64,000 bases of DNA from Myxococcota bacterium (GTDB lineage Bacteria > Myxococcota_A > Polyangia > Polyangiales > Sandaracinaceae), in assembly GCA_036149055.1 (NCBI GenBank), contig JAYZQJ010000149.1:27852-91851 (forward strand), written 5' to 3'. Under the pieces are notes generated by a model, which searched no databases, was not told the DNA's origin, and saw only the letters and a program-made list of their open reading frames with translations. Position 1 is the first letter of the stretch; each line of letters starts with the position of its first letter. This document shows, in pieces, positions 20,741 through 31,356 of this stretch. The translations under genes were made by a program, and so were the position numbers.

Positions 20741-23700
20741 ATGGGCGAGAACGACGCGACGTTGCAGGACTACGGCCCCCCGGCCTCGATGCAGGAGGAG
20801 GTCGTGGCCGACCCCACCCTCGACGAGACCCACCCGCCGAAGAAGGCGTGGACGCCGAAGCGGGCGCTCCTCCTGGCGGCCAAGATCGGGATCAGCGTCT
20901 ACGGCCTCTACGCGGTCTGGACCAAGGTGCTCGCCCGCGACGGCGCGGAGCACGTGGCCCAGGCGATCGGCGGCCTCCACTGGGGCTGGTTCGCGGGCGC
21001 GATCGCGATGCAGCTCGCCGCGATCGGCTTCGCGATCCTGCGCTGGCGCACCGTGCTCGGCGGCCAGGGCATCGACGCGACGTGGCGGTTCATGTTCCCG
21101 AGCTTCATGATCGGCCGCTTCTGGGGCGCCTTCACCCTCGGCGGCCTCGGGCTCGACGGCTGGAAGCTCTTCGACGTCGGCTACCACACCAAGAAGTGGG
21201 CGCGGCCCATCGTGGTCGCCGGCACCGAGAAGGTCCTCGGGCAGCTCGCCTTCGGCCTGGTGGTCATGGGCGCGAGCGTCTGGGGCCTCGAGTTCATCGG
21301 GCAGGACGGGGTCCTGCTGATCAACCTCTTCTTCCTTCTCCTCGTCGGCACCGGGCTGACCTTCCTGGCGAAGCCGACGCTCTTCCAGGTCGCCTTCCGG
21401 CTCCTGCCGCGCCAGGTCACGCCGAAGCTGCAGACCCTGATCGACGCGGTCTGCGCCTACCACGGCAAGTGGGCGCTGCTCGCCAAGGCCACCGGCTACG
21501 GCGTCGCCGTCCACGCGTTCAACAACCTCATCTACGTGTGCGCGGCGCGCGCGCTCGGGGTCGAGCTCAGCGCGGGCATGATCTTCTTCGGCAGCTCGCT
21601 GCAGATCATGGTCACGCTCGCGCCGATCTCCATCAACGGCGTGGGCCTCCGCGAGGCGGCCGCGGTCGCGCTCTACACCGCGGTCGGCCTGAGCGAGACC
21701 CAGGCGGTGCTCATCCCCACCGTCGGCTTCGCGGCCGAGATGATGGTGAGCATGACCGGCATCCTCTTCCTCTTCGCCCGCCGCTTCGGCAAGGTCGAGG
21801 GGCTGACCGTCCACGACGCCGACCGCGAGGACAAGTACTACGCGTCGCTCGAGGAGGTGCCGCGGGAGAAGTGGCCGAAGCCCCTCCGCGGCCTGACCCT
21901 CGGGCTCGGCGCCGGCCTGCTCGCCGGCATGATCGTCGGGCTCGCCGAGGGCGCGGTGATCATGGCCGACGGCGGCGGTCGCGTGGGCTGGGGCGTGATG
22001 GCGTACGGCGCCGCGGCCTACGGGCTCTTCTGCATGCTGGGCGGCGCCGCCTTCGGCCTGGCCAGCGCCTGGCTCGGCCGCGCGATGCAGCGCGAGGCGG
22101 TGCCGGAGCCGCAGGCCTACGCGCGCCTCACCGCGCTGATCGTCGCCGTGTTCGGCTTCGCGCTCGGCGCGTTCCGGATCCGCCGCGACGTCTTCCACGA
22201 GGAGTTCGGCTTCAAGAGCAAGGAGATGCTGCTCGTGCTCGGCGGCTGCTTCGTCGCCGGCGTGCTGATCTACTTCCTGCTCTCCACCGCGATCCGGCTC
22301 TGGACCAGCCGCAAGGTCGGCGGCTTCATGCTGAAGGCCTGGGGCTCGCCCGCCTTCGTGGCCCTGGTGGTCGCGGGCGTCGGCGGCTCCGCCGTCCTGC
22401 TCGGCCCGCACGCCGAGGCGGAGAGCGCGGTCAGCCGGCCGGCCTCGCCCGAGGGCGCGCCGAACGTGCTGCTCATCGTGGTCGACACCCTGCGCGCCGA
22501 TCACCTCCCGGGCTACGGCTACGAGCGCGGCTCCACGCCGCACCTCGACCGCTTCGCCCAGGACGCGGTGCGCTTCGATCAGGCGTTCGCGAACGCGAGC
22601 TGGACCCGGCCGAGCTTCGCCTCGATCCTGAGCGGCCGCTACGCCTCGAGCCACGGGGTGATGGGCAAGCCGGACGCGCTGCCGAGCGAGGTCGTGACCC
22701 TGCCGGAGGCGCTGCGCGAGGGCGGCTACGCGACCGCCGGCTACGTGACCAACTTCAACGTCGGTCCCTACTTCAACTTCCAGCAGGGCTTCGAGCAGTA
22801 CACCTTCCTGGAGCCGGAGTTCGTGCTCGGCGCGGACGACGCGGCGGCCAAGCTGCTGCTCGTCCAGTTCCTGCGTCAGCGCATCGAGAGCTACCGCGCG
22901 GCCCGCGGGCAGGTCGAGCCCGGCACCGCCTACCAGGACGCCGAGACGGTCAACCGTCACCTGGTCTCGTGGCTCGAGCACGAGGCGCCCGCCGACGACC
23001 CGTGGTTCCTCTTCGCCGGCTACATGGACCCGCACGACCCGTACTTCCCGCACCCCTACGACGGGACCGGCTACGCGCGCGCCGCGCACCAGCACCCCGA
23101 CGTGGAGGAGGCGGACGTGCTGCGCGCCCTCTACGACGGCGAGATCACCTACTGGGACGAGCACTTCGGCGCGCTGATGGACGATCTCCGCCGCCGCGGG
23201 CTCTACGACGACACGATGATCATCATCACGTCGGACCACGGCGAGGAGTTCGCCGAGCACGGCGGCTTCTGGCACGGCACCACGCTCTACGACGAGCAGG
23301 TCCACGTGCCGCTCTTCGTGAAGCTCCCCGGGAACGCCCGCGCCGGCACCCACGTCGGCCACTGGGTGCAGAGCATCGACCTGATGCCCACCATCCTCCG
23401 CCACATCGGGCTCGACGTCCCCGAGGGCGTGCAGGGCGGCTCGCTCGACGAGGGCACCGACCGCGTCTACGCGGAGGAGAGCCACGAGGGCAACGTGCTC
23501 GAGAGCGTGCGCGAGCGCCGCGACTTCGAGGAGCTGAAGCTCATCACCGCCAACCCCGGCAACCCCCGCGGCCTCGAGCCGGTGGAGCTCTACCGCGTCG
23601 CCGACGACCCGGGCGAGCAAGAGAACCTCGCCGAGCGGCAGCGCGAGCAGGTGACCTCGCTCGTGACCTCGCTCGAGGAGGCCCGCGCGCGCGCCGCCGA

Positions 23701-23827
23701 GGGCGCGGTCGAGGGCGCCGAGGTCCACCTCGACAGCGAGTCTCGCCGCAACCTCTGCCAGATCGGCTACATCGAGGCCTCCGAGTGCTGCGAGCAAGGC
23801 CTGCTCAGCGGCGCCGCCTGCGAGTGA
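20741..23827 (+). CDS. Fusion protein: LPG-synthase-TM/UPF0104 flippase domain, membrane linker and sulfatase-like hydrolase/transferase domain
   Basis: N-terminal LRW and PISINGVGLRE (UPF0104 signatures); C-terminal PNVLLIVVDTLRADH, SWTRPS, DPHDPY, YDGEI, TSDHGEEF, HG; ATG at 20741. Confidence 0.85.
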   Translation: MGENDATLQDYGPPASMQEEVVADPTLDETHPPKKAWTPKRALLLAAKIGISVYGLYAVWTKVLARDGAEHVAQAIGGLHWGWFAGAIAMQLAAIGFAILRWRTVLGGQGIDATWRFMFPSFMIGRFWGAFTLGGLGLDGWKLFDVGYHTKKWARPIVVAGTEKVLGQLAFGLVVMGASVWGLEFIGQDGVLLINLFFLLLVGTGLTFLAKPTLFQVAFRLLPRQVTPKLQTLIDAVCAYHGKWALLAKATGYGVAVHAFNNLIYVCAARALGVELSAGMIFFGSSLQIMVTLAPISINGVGLREAAAVALYTAVGLSETQAVLIPTVGFAAEMMVSMTGILFLFARRFGKVEGLTVHDADREDKYYASLEEVPREKWPKPLRGLTLGLGAGLLAGMIVGLAEGAVIMADGGGRVGWGVMAYGAAAYGLFCMLGGAAFGLASAWLGRAMQREAVPEPQAYARLTALIVAVFGFALGAFRIRRDVFHEEFGFKSKEMLLVLGGCFVAGVLIYFLLSTAIRLWTSRKVGGFMLKAWGSPAFVALVVAGVGGSAVLLGPHAEAESAVSRPASPEGAPNVLLIVVDTLRADHLPGYGYERGSTPHLDRFAQDAVRFDQAFANASWTRPSFASILSGRYASSHGVMGKPDALPSEVVTLPEALREGGYATAGYVTNFNVGPYFNFQQGFEQYTFLEPEFVLGADDAAAKLLLVQFLRQRIESYRAARGQVEPGTAYQDAETVNRHLVSWLEHEAPADDPWFLFAGYMDPHDPYFPHPYDGTGYARAAHQHPDVEEADVLRALYDGEITYWDEHFGALMDDLRRRGLYDDTMIIITSDHGEEFAEHGGFWHGTTLYDEQVHVPLFVKLPGNARAGTHVGHWVQSIDLMPTILRHIGLDVPEGVQGGSLDEGTDRVYAEESHEGNVLESVRERRDFEELKLITANPGNPRGLEPVELYRVADDPGEQENLAERQREQVTSLVTSLEEARARAAEGAVEGAEVHLDSESRRNLCQIGYIEASECCEQGLLSGAACE

Positions 23828-23864
23828 CGAGGCCGCTCGGGGATGGGGAAGATCGTCCCCGACC

Positions 23865-25328
<1,464 letters not shown>

Positions 25329-25376
25329 GCGTCCACGATACACGATGCGCCGTGGACGGCGCCCCCCGCCCGGGAG

Positions 25377-26729
25377 CTACCGGAAGAGCGCGCCGATCTG
25401 ACCGGGGACCTCGCCGAGATCGCTCGGGACGCCGACGGAGTGCATCGCGGTCGAGAGCAGCTGCGCCGGGTGCGCGCCGCCGCTCGCGATCGTCTCGCCC
25501 GCGCGGAGCACGTCGGGGCGGCCCGCGATCAGGCTGGTGTTGTTGCTGTACGCGTGCGCCCCCTCGCCCTCGAAGAGCATCACGAGCACGGTCCGGTCCA
25601 GCAGGGTCCCGCCCCCCTCCGGGGTGTCGCGCAGGCGGCGCACGAGGCGCGCGAACTGGGCGACGTGCCAGTTGGTGATCTCCGCCAGCGCGGCGGGCGC
25701 GCTCCGGAGGTCGGAGTGGGTCACCTCGTGCACGTCGAGGTCGAGGCCGGCGATGGGCTGCGCGCTCATCTTCGACTGCCAGTAGCTCAGGAGCCACGAG
25801 ACGCTGCGGCTCAGGTCGCACGCGAAGGCCATCGCGATCAGGTCCGCGATGATCTCGCCGCGCGCGGTCTCGCCGGACCACCCGTAGGCGCCGTCGGTGG
25901 GGTCCGCGCCCGGGTCCGGGAACGCGCCGCAGCCCATCGTCGCGCCGCCCGGAGGAGGCGTCGTGGGCGGGGGCATCGCGCCGGCGTCGAGGTCGGCCTG
26001 GATGCGGCGCTCGAGGGCGCGGATCTCCTCGAAGTGTCGCTCGAGCCGCTCCCGGTCCTGCAGGCTGGCGATCCCGAGCAGCCGACGCGCGCGGCGGGAC
26101 ACGAGGTCGAGCACGCTGCGATCTTGCCGCAGCAGCTGGTCGGTCATCGACGGCGTCCCGGGCGAGGTCGGCGGCGCGCTCGGGGAGCCGCCGAAGAGCT
26201 GCTGCCACGCGATCCGCGGGCTGGCGATCGGGGTCACCTTGGCGCCGCCCGTGGTCACGCTCATGGCGCCCTCCCCGCCGATGTACGCCTCCTTCTGGGT
26301 GCGGTAGGCGAGCGAGTGGAACCGCGTGGTCCCCGCCCAGGCGTCCGCGACGATCTGGTCGGCGGTGGTGTCGCGCAAGCCCTTGCGCGTGTCGGTGGAG
26401 CGGACCCCGCTCACCAGCGGGTTGATGATGGTGGGGTGGAAGGGACCGGGAGGCCGCCCTCCCGGCTGGGGCGTGCGGTCCGCCTCGATCGACATGCCCG
26501 TCACGAAGGTCACCTCGTCTCGCAGATCGGCAAGCGCGGCGAAGTTGGCGCTCGTCGGGCCGTTGGGTCGCGCCTGCGCGATCCCCTGCGCGGCGACCAG
26601 GAAGCGACACGGGGTGCCGCCGGAGGCCGAGGCGCTCGGGCGCATGATGTCCAGCAGCGGGAGCGAGACCGCGACGCCCCCGGCGCCGGCGAGGATGGCG
26701 CGGCGGCCGATTCGCTTTGCACGCTTCAT
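25377..26729 (-). CDS. DUF1552 family protein (Tat-type signal)
   Basis: GRRAILAGAGGVAVSLPLL N-terminus, SVLD, RLERHFEEIRALERRI, AFACDLSR, GGTLLDRT. Confidence 0.85.
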   Translation of the reverse strand: MKRAKRIGRRAILAGAGGVAVSLPLLDIMRPSASASGGTPCRFLVAAQGIAQARPNGPTSANFAALADLRDEVTFVTGMSIEADRTPQPGGRPPGPFHPTIINPLVSGVRSTDTRKGLRDTTADQIVADAWAGTTRFHSLAYRTQKEAYIGGEGAMSVTTGGAKVTPIASPRIAWQQLFGGSPSAPPTSPGTPSMTDQLLRQDRSVLDLVSRRARRLLGIASLQDRERLERHFEEIRALERRIQADLDAGAMPPPTTPPPGGATMGCGAFPDPGADPTDGAYGWSGETARGEIIADLIAMAFACDLSRSVSWLLSYWQSKMSAQPIAGLDLDVHEVTHSDLRSAPAALAEITNWHVAQFARLVRRLRDTPEGGGTLLDRTVLVMLFEGEGAHAYSNNTSLIAGRPDVLRAGETIASGGAHPAQLLSTAMHSVGVPSDLGEVPGQIGALFR

Positions 26730-28363
26730 CAGTTCGTCTCCAGGCGATGACGGAAGCTCTCGCTCCCGACGAGGTCGAGGATGAGGTCGAGGAGATCGCC
26801 GCTCTCGAGGAAGCGCGCCTCGAGGGACTCGAGCGTCTCGTGGTCGGCGGCGGTGTACTGCCGGCCCACGGCGTACTGGAACATCTGTCGCGCGAAGCAG
26901 GACTGGAGGTGCGCGGTCGAGGCGAGCTGCGTCCCGAGCTCCCCCGGCCCGCTGAACGTCCGCGCGTCCACGCTCCCGTCCGGGCGCGGGAGGCGGAGCT
27001 CGCCGCGGCCCTCGATCGCGCAGTGGGGCCGGTCCTCTTCGACCTCGCGCAGCCGCCCCAGCGGGCCGTAGCGCTCGAGACCGAAGCCGATGGGATCCAT
27101 GCGCTGGTGACACGTCTCGCAGCCGGACGTGCGGGACATGTCCCAGCGCTCGACCTTGCACTCGTCGGGATCCCCGGGCGGGAGCTCGTCGGTGGCCACG
27201 CCGTCCGGGGGCGGCGGGATGGTCTGGCAGAGCAGCCGCTCGAACACGAGCAGGCCACGCATGGTGGGCGAGGTGACGCCGAGCTTGGTGCCCCCGCTGA
27301 GGAAGCTGCCGTGCGAGAGGAGCCCGCGGCGCTCGTCGGTGTACCGGACCCAGCCCGGCTCGGCCTGCGGCGCCATGCCGTAGTGCTCCGCGAGCCGCGG
27401 CGTGACGAAGGTCTCCTCGGACGTGAAGAGATCGAGCCAGGGCCGCTGCTCGTCGAAGAGCACGCGCTCGATCAGGCGGTCGCTCTCCAGGCGCAGGTCG
27501 TCCCGGATCGGGTCGCTCACCGGGATGCGCTCGTAGCCGAGCCACATCGCGTGGAGGTTCTGGATCTGGCCGCGCGCGCGGGGGTCCGCCATGAGCCGCG
27601 CCGCCTGCACCCGGATGTGGGCCGGGGTCCGGAGCTCTCCCGCCTGCGCCGCGTCGAGCAGCGCGTCGTCGGGGCCGGCGCCCCAGAGCAGGAAGGACAG
27701 CCGCGAGGCGAGCTCGAAGTCGGTCAGCGCACGCAGATCGGGGTCGGGGGTGGGCGCGCCGATCTCGACCCGGTAGAGGTGCTCGACGTCTTGCAGGAGC
27801 GCCCGGAGGACCAGCCGCGGCGCGACCCAGAAGTCCCCCTGCGCTTCGGCGTGCTCGATCAGCGAGGCGAGCTCGGCCACCTCGTCCGGGGTCAGGGGTC
27901 GGCGGAGCAGGCGGCGCCCGATGCGCTCGACGAACGCGGAGAGGCAGCCCCGATCCGTCGGGCCGGTCGGCGCGCATCCCACCATCGCGCGGAGCGAAGG
28001 ATCGTCGATGGCGGCGACCACCTGCCCCGCGAAGACCCGGGCCCCTTCGGTCAGCGCCGCCGAGGGATGCTGGGTCGAGGCGTCGTTGTCGAAGGGCGTC
28101 CGCTCGTCCTCGGGCAGCGCGTCGAGGTACGGCGTGGCGTCCACGCCGAGCGCGTCACGGAGCGTGCGCTGCAGCTCGGCGCGAGAGAGGCGCCGGAGGT
28201 GGACCGGGCCGAGCCCGGCGCCGTGCATGAGCGGGTCGACGCCGTCGGGCACGTAGCCCTCGCCGCCGGGACGCAGCGGGTCGGACGACGCGTCCTCGCA
28301 GGCCACCGCGCCGCTCGCGAGGGCGGCGACGAGGAGAACCCTCGTGAGACTGGACATCCGCAT
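26729..28363 (-). CDS. DUF1592/DUF1588/DUF1595 (PSD-type) lipoprotein with one CxxCH motif
   Basis: LRRLSRAE, FELASRLSFLLW..PD, TSPTMRG, CETCHQRMDPIGFGLE, YAVGR; lipobox AVAC. Confidence 0.88.
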   Translation of the reverse strand: MRMSSLTRVLLVAALASGAVACEDASSDPLRPGGEGYVPDGVDPLMHGAGLGPVHLRRLSRAELQRTLRDALGVDATPYLDALPEDERTPFDNDASTQHPSAALTEGARVFAGQVVAAIDDPSLRAMVGCAPTGPTDRGCLSAFVERIGRRLLRRPLTPDEVAELASLIEHAEAQGDFWVAPRLVLRALLQDVEHLYRVEIGAPTPDPDLRALTDFELASRLSFLLWGAGPDDALLDAAQAGELRTPAHIRVQAARLMADPRARGQIQNLHAMWLGYERIPVSDPIRDDLRLESDRLIERVLFDEQRPWLDLFTSEETFVTPRLAEHYGMAPQAEPGWVRYTDERRGLLSHGSFLSGGTKLGVTSPTMRGLLVFERLLCQTIPPPPDGVATDELPPGDPDECKVERWDMSRTSGCETCHQRMDPIGFGLERYGPLGRLREVEEDRPHCAIEGRGELRLPRPDGSVDARTFSGPGELGTQLASTAHLQSCFARQMFQYAVGRQYTAADHETLESLEARFLESGDLLDLILDLVGSESFRHRLETN

Positions 28364-28860
28364 CACTCCCTGCACTCCAGCCCGCGGTCCGTCTCGCGGC
28401 ACGAGGTGCCGGCGCAGCAGGGGATCGCGCTGCAGTCCTCGCGCAGGGCGGCGCACACCCCGGTCGCGCCGGCGTCGGACACTGCGCCCGCGTCGGAAGC
28501 TGCGCCCGCGTCGGAAGCCGCGCCCCCGTCGGAGATCGCGCCCCCGTCGGAAGCCGCGCCCGCGTCGGAGGCCGCGCCCCCGTCGGAGGCCACGCCCGCG
28601 TCGGCCGCGCCGCCGTCGGCGAGGTCCATGCCGCAGATCCGGCCCGCGATGCACGTGAGGCCCGCGCAGCAGACGCCGCCCCCCGTGCAGCTGTCTCCCA
28701 TGTCGAGGCAGGCGCCGCTGGGCACCGCGCCGTCGCCGCGCTCGACGCCGCCGTCCCCGACGGACACCTCCGCGGTGCAGGCCACGCTCAGCACGACCGT
28801 GAGCACGACGTACAGCTCCCTCCACGTCGACGCGCGCGCCGACGAGCTCGTCTGGTCCAT
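28363..28860 (-). CDS. Small Cys-rich lipoprotein with an 18-bp (SDxGAA) repeat linker
   Basis: LSVAC lipobox, two C-x6-C-x5/6-CC-x4-C modules separated by ~7 SD(G/A)GAA repeats; GGAG RBS. Confidence 0.7.
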   Translation of the reverse strand: MDQTSSSARASTWRELYVVLTVVLSVACTAEVSVGDGGVERGDGAVPSGACLDMGDSCTGGGVCCAGLTCIAGRICGMDLADGGAADAGVASDGGAASDAGAASDGGAISDGGAASDAGAASDAGAVSDAGATGVCAALREDCSAIPCCAGTSCRETDRGLECRE

Positions 28861-28980
28861 GTCTCCTCCAGCTCGATCGCGCGCGCCGATCGGGTGCGCG
28901 CTCGACCGTGGGTCGCGCGGGCCGGCGCTCGTGATGAAGGTTTCTCGAGGTCGGCGTCGTTTTTTTCGCGCGAGGGCCCT

Positions 28981-29538
28981 TCACCCGCCCGGGCAGGCGG
29001 AGCCGCACGCGAACACGCCGGGCGCGCAGTCCATCCAGCTGGTCGGACAGCTCGTGACGTCGCAGGGCGAGGCGAGGCAACGGACGGTGCAATCACCCGA
29101 AGGACACTCGACCTCGCAGGCGGCCTCGCAGACGATCTCGCAGCGCCCGTGGAGGCACGCCACGCGGCCCGTCTCGAGCGCGGTCACCGTGCAGCGCGCC
29201 TGATCGGCGCGGCAGTAGTCGAAGGCGGAGGCGGCGCGGCCGCACGCGGCGCCGTCGTCGCACTGCAGGGTCCCCACGACCGGCTCGCGCAGCCCCACGC
29301 GGCACGCCCCGCGAGGCGCGCAGACGAGGCCGCAGCGGTCGCAGCCCTCGCAGGCCGGAGCGCAGCCGGCGCAGTCCTCCGCGCCCGAGAGACACGCGAG
29401 GGCGCCGCCGTCCGACGCCCCGCCGTCCGACGCCCCGCCGTCCCGTTCGCCGGCGTCGTCGCCGGGGAGCAGCTCGCGGTCGGTGGCCGCGCAGCCCGCG
29501 AGCGAGAGCGCGACGCCGAGGGCGACCCAGACCCTCAC
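28981..29538 (-). CDS. Cys-rich lipoprotein
   Basis: LAGC lipobox, over 20 Cys; GTG start overlaps the anti-sigma stop (GTGA). Confidence 0.7.
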   Translation of the reverse strand: MRVWVALGVALSLAGCAATDRELLPGDDAGERDGGASDGGASDGGALACLSGAEDCAGCAPACEGCDRCGLVCAPRGACRVGLREPVVGTLQCDDGAACGRAASAFDYCRADQARCTVTALETGRVACLHGRCEIVCEAACEVECPSGDCTVRCLASPCDVTSCPTSWMDCAPGVFACGSACPGG

Positions 29539-30695
29539 GGCGCGTGCGCGTCCAGCCATCGCTGCGCGGCGCGGGCCTGCGGGGTGCCGGCGTGGCGAGC
29601 GAGCACGCGGCGCGCGGCGGCGACCGCACCGGAGGTGTCGCCGGCCGCCTCCCGGACCTGGACGAGAAGCCAGCCGGCCTCCGCGCCGAAGACGCCCTCC
29701 CCGAAGCGCGCGCGGGAGGTCAGCGCGCGGCGCGCGGCCCGGGGATCGCCCGCGTCCAGCTCCATCCGGGCCAGGCGGATCCACGCGCCTTCGGAGGTGG
29801 GCCCGCGCCCCGCCCCGGCCTGCCGGTAGAGCTCCCGCGCCGTCGCGAGATCCCCCTGCCGGCGGGCGGCCTCGGCGCGAATCGCGAGCGTGTCGGGGTC
29901 CTGCGCCTCCGGCGTGGGGGCGACGTCGGGCGCGCGGCGGCGGGGGCGCGGTCGGGAGGCGGCGACGACCTCGGGCGCGGCGCTCCAGGCTTCGACCTCG
30001 GCCCGCAGCGTCGCCCCGTCCGCGGACACCACCCGCCCGTCGCGCCACGACGCTCCACCGTCGAGGAAGACCTCACCGTCCTCGGTCCGGACCGACACGC
30101 GCCCCTCGGCGACGCTGACCGCGGCCTCGGGCTCGAGCGACACCCGGAAGATGGTGCCGTGCACGGTCACCAGCGCGTCGGGGGTCTCGACCTGCAGCGT
30201 GCCGCCGCCGAGATCGCGCGCGTGCACGGTGACCGCGCCCTCGTCGAGCCGGAGCCGGAGCGCGCAGCCGGACGCCTCGACGACCGCCACGCGCGCGTCG
30301 CCCGAGGGCTCGAAGGCCACGAACCCCACGTCTCGGCGAGCGGTCACCGGCCCGATCGTCAGCCCGGCCGGCCGGCGATCGCACGCCCGCTGGACGGCGG
30401 GCTCGACGGCGCCAGGCGCGGTCGCTTCTGGAGCCTCCGGCGCGGGCGGTCGCTCGGCCACCGCCGGCGGCTCGACGCTCTCTGGGGTCCCGAGCCAGAT
30501 CGCCAGCGGCACCGCCGCCGCGAGCGCCACCGCGGCGGCCGCGCCGACCTGCCGGCGCACCCGCGCGCGCCGGATCTCGCGGCCCCCTTCCCGGGCGAGC
30601 CAGCCCGCGACCTCACCCGCCCCGGCGTCGACCGGCTCTTCCGCGTCCGCCGCGTCGCGCAGCGCCCCGCGGAGTCGTTCGTCGAGCTGGCTCAT
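29535..30695 (-). CDS. FecR-domain anti-sigma factor with C-terminal TPR
   Basis: TM helix, LRLDEGAV, VETPDALVTVHGTIFRV, VSVAEGRVSV, TPR-like helices; coupled to the ECF sigma gene. Confidence 0.85.
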   Translation of the reverse strand: MSQLDERLRGALRDAADAEEPVDAGAGEVAGWLAREGGREIRRARVRRQVGAAAAVALAAAVPLAIWLGTPESVEPPAVAERPPAPEAPEATAPGAVEPAVQRACDRRPAGLTIGPVTARRDVGFVAFEPSGDARVAVVEASGCALRLRLDEGAVTVHARDLGGGTLQVETPDALVTVHGTIFRVSLEPEAAVSVAEGRVSVRTEDGEVFLDGGASWRDGRVVSADGATLRAEVEAWSAAPEVVAASRPRPRRRAPDVAPTPEAQDPDTLAIRAEAARRQGDLATARELYRQAGAGRGPTSEGAWIRLARMELDAGDPRAARRALTSRARFGEGVFGAEAGWLLVQVREAAGDTSGAVAAARRVLARHAGTPQARAAQRWLDAHAP

Positions 30696-31312
30696 GGCTC
30701 CTCCAGCATCTCACGCAGATAGGGGTCGGTCTTGGCGAGGCGCCGGAGCTCCTTCTGCGCGTAGTAGATCCGCGAGCGCGTCGCCGACACCGAGGCCCCC
30801 ATCAGCGCGGCGACCTCCTCGACGTCGGAGCCGTCGAGCGCCCACAGCAAGAAGGCGATGCGCTTCTTGGCCGAGAGCTTGGCGAGGGCGCGGCGGGTGC
30901 GGCGCAAGCGCTCGGCGGCGAGGCTGCGCGCGTCCGGACCGCTGCGGGGGTCCACCGGCTCCTCGGGGAGCTCGGCGCGGCGACGGAACCACGGGCTGGG
31001 TCGCATCGCCCGACGGGCCACCGTCACCGCGATGCCGCCGATGAAGGTCGAGAGCGCGCTGTCCCCGCGGAAGCGGTGGAGGGACCGGCAGAGCTCCAGG
31101 AACACCGTCTGCACGAGGTCGTCCAGGTCGTCCCGCGGCCCGAGCAACCGGGTCAGCAGCCGGCGCACCCGGCCCTCGTGCTCGCTCGCGATCCGGTGCA
31201 GCGCGGCGCGATCGCCCTCCAGGGCTCGCCCCACGAGGCTCGCGTCGCGATCACGCCCGGTCGAGGGCGCGGCGAACGAACGTGGGACGGACTCCGTCAA
31301 GGCGGGGCTCAC
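30692..31312 (-). CDS. ECF RNA polymerase sigma factor
   Basis: DLDDLVQTVFL, FRGDSALSTFI (region 2); EEVAALMGASVSATRSRIYYA (region 4); start approximate. Confidence 0.9.
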   Translation of the reverse strand: MSPALTESVPRSFAAPSTGRDRDASLVGRALEGDRAALHRIASEHEGRVRRLLTRLLGPRDDLDDLVQTVFLELCRSLHRFRGDSALSTFIGGIAVTVARRAMRPSPWFRRRAELPEEPVDPRSGPDARSLAAERLRRTRRALAKLSAKKRIAFLLWALDGSDVEEVAALMGASVSATRSRIYYAQKELRRLAKTDPYLREMLEEP

Positions 31313-31356
31313 GAGGGATGAGTCGCCGCGGGAGGCCTCCGTGATGAAGCTTTTTT

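Noticed and set aside
20741..23827. MprF or a classical formylglycine sulfatase
   Set aside because: No aminoacyl-transfer (DUF2156) domain and no C/S-x-P-x-R motif
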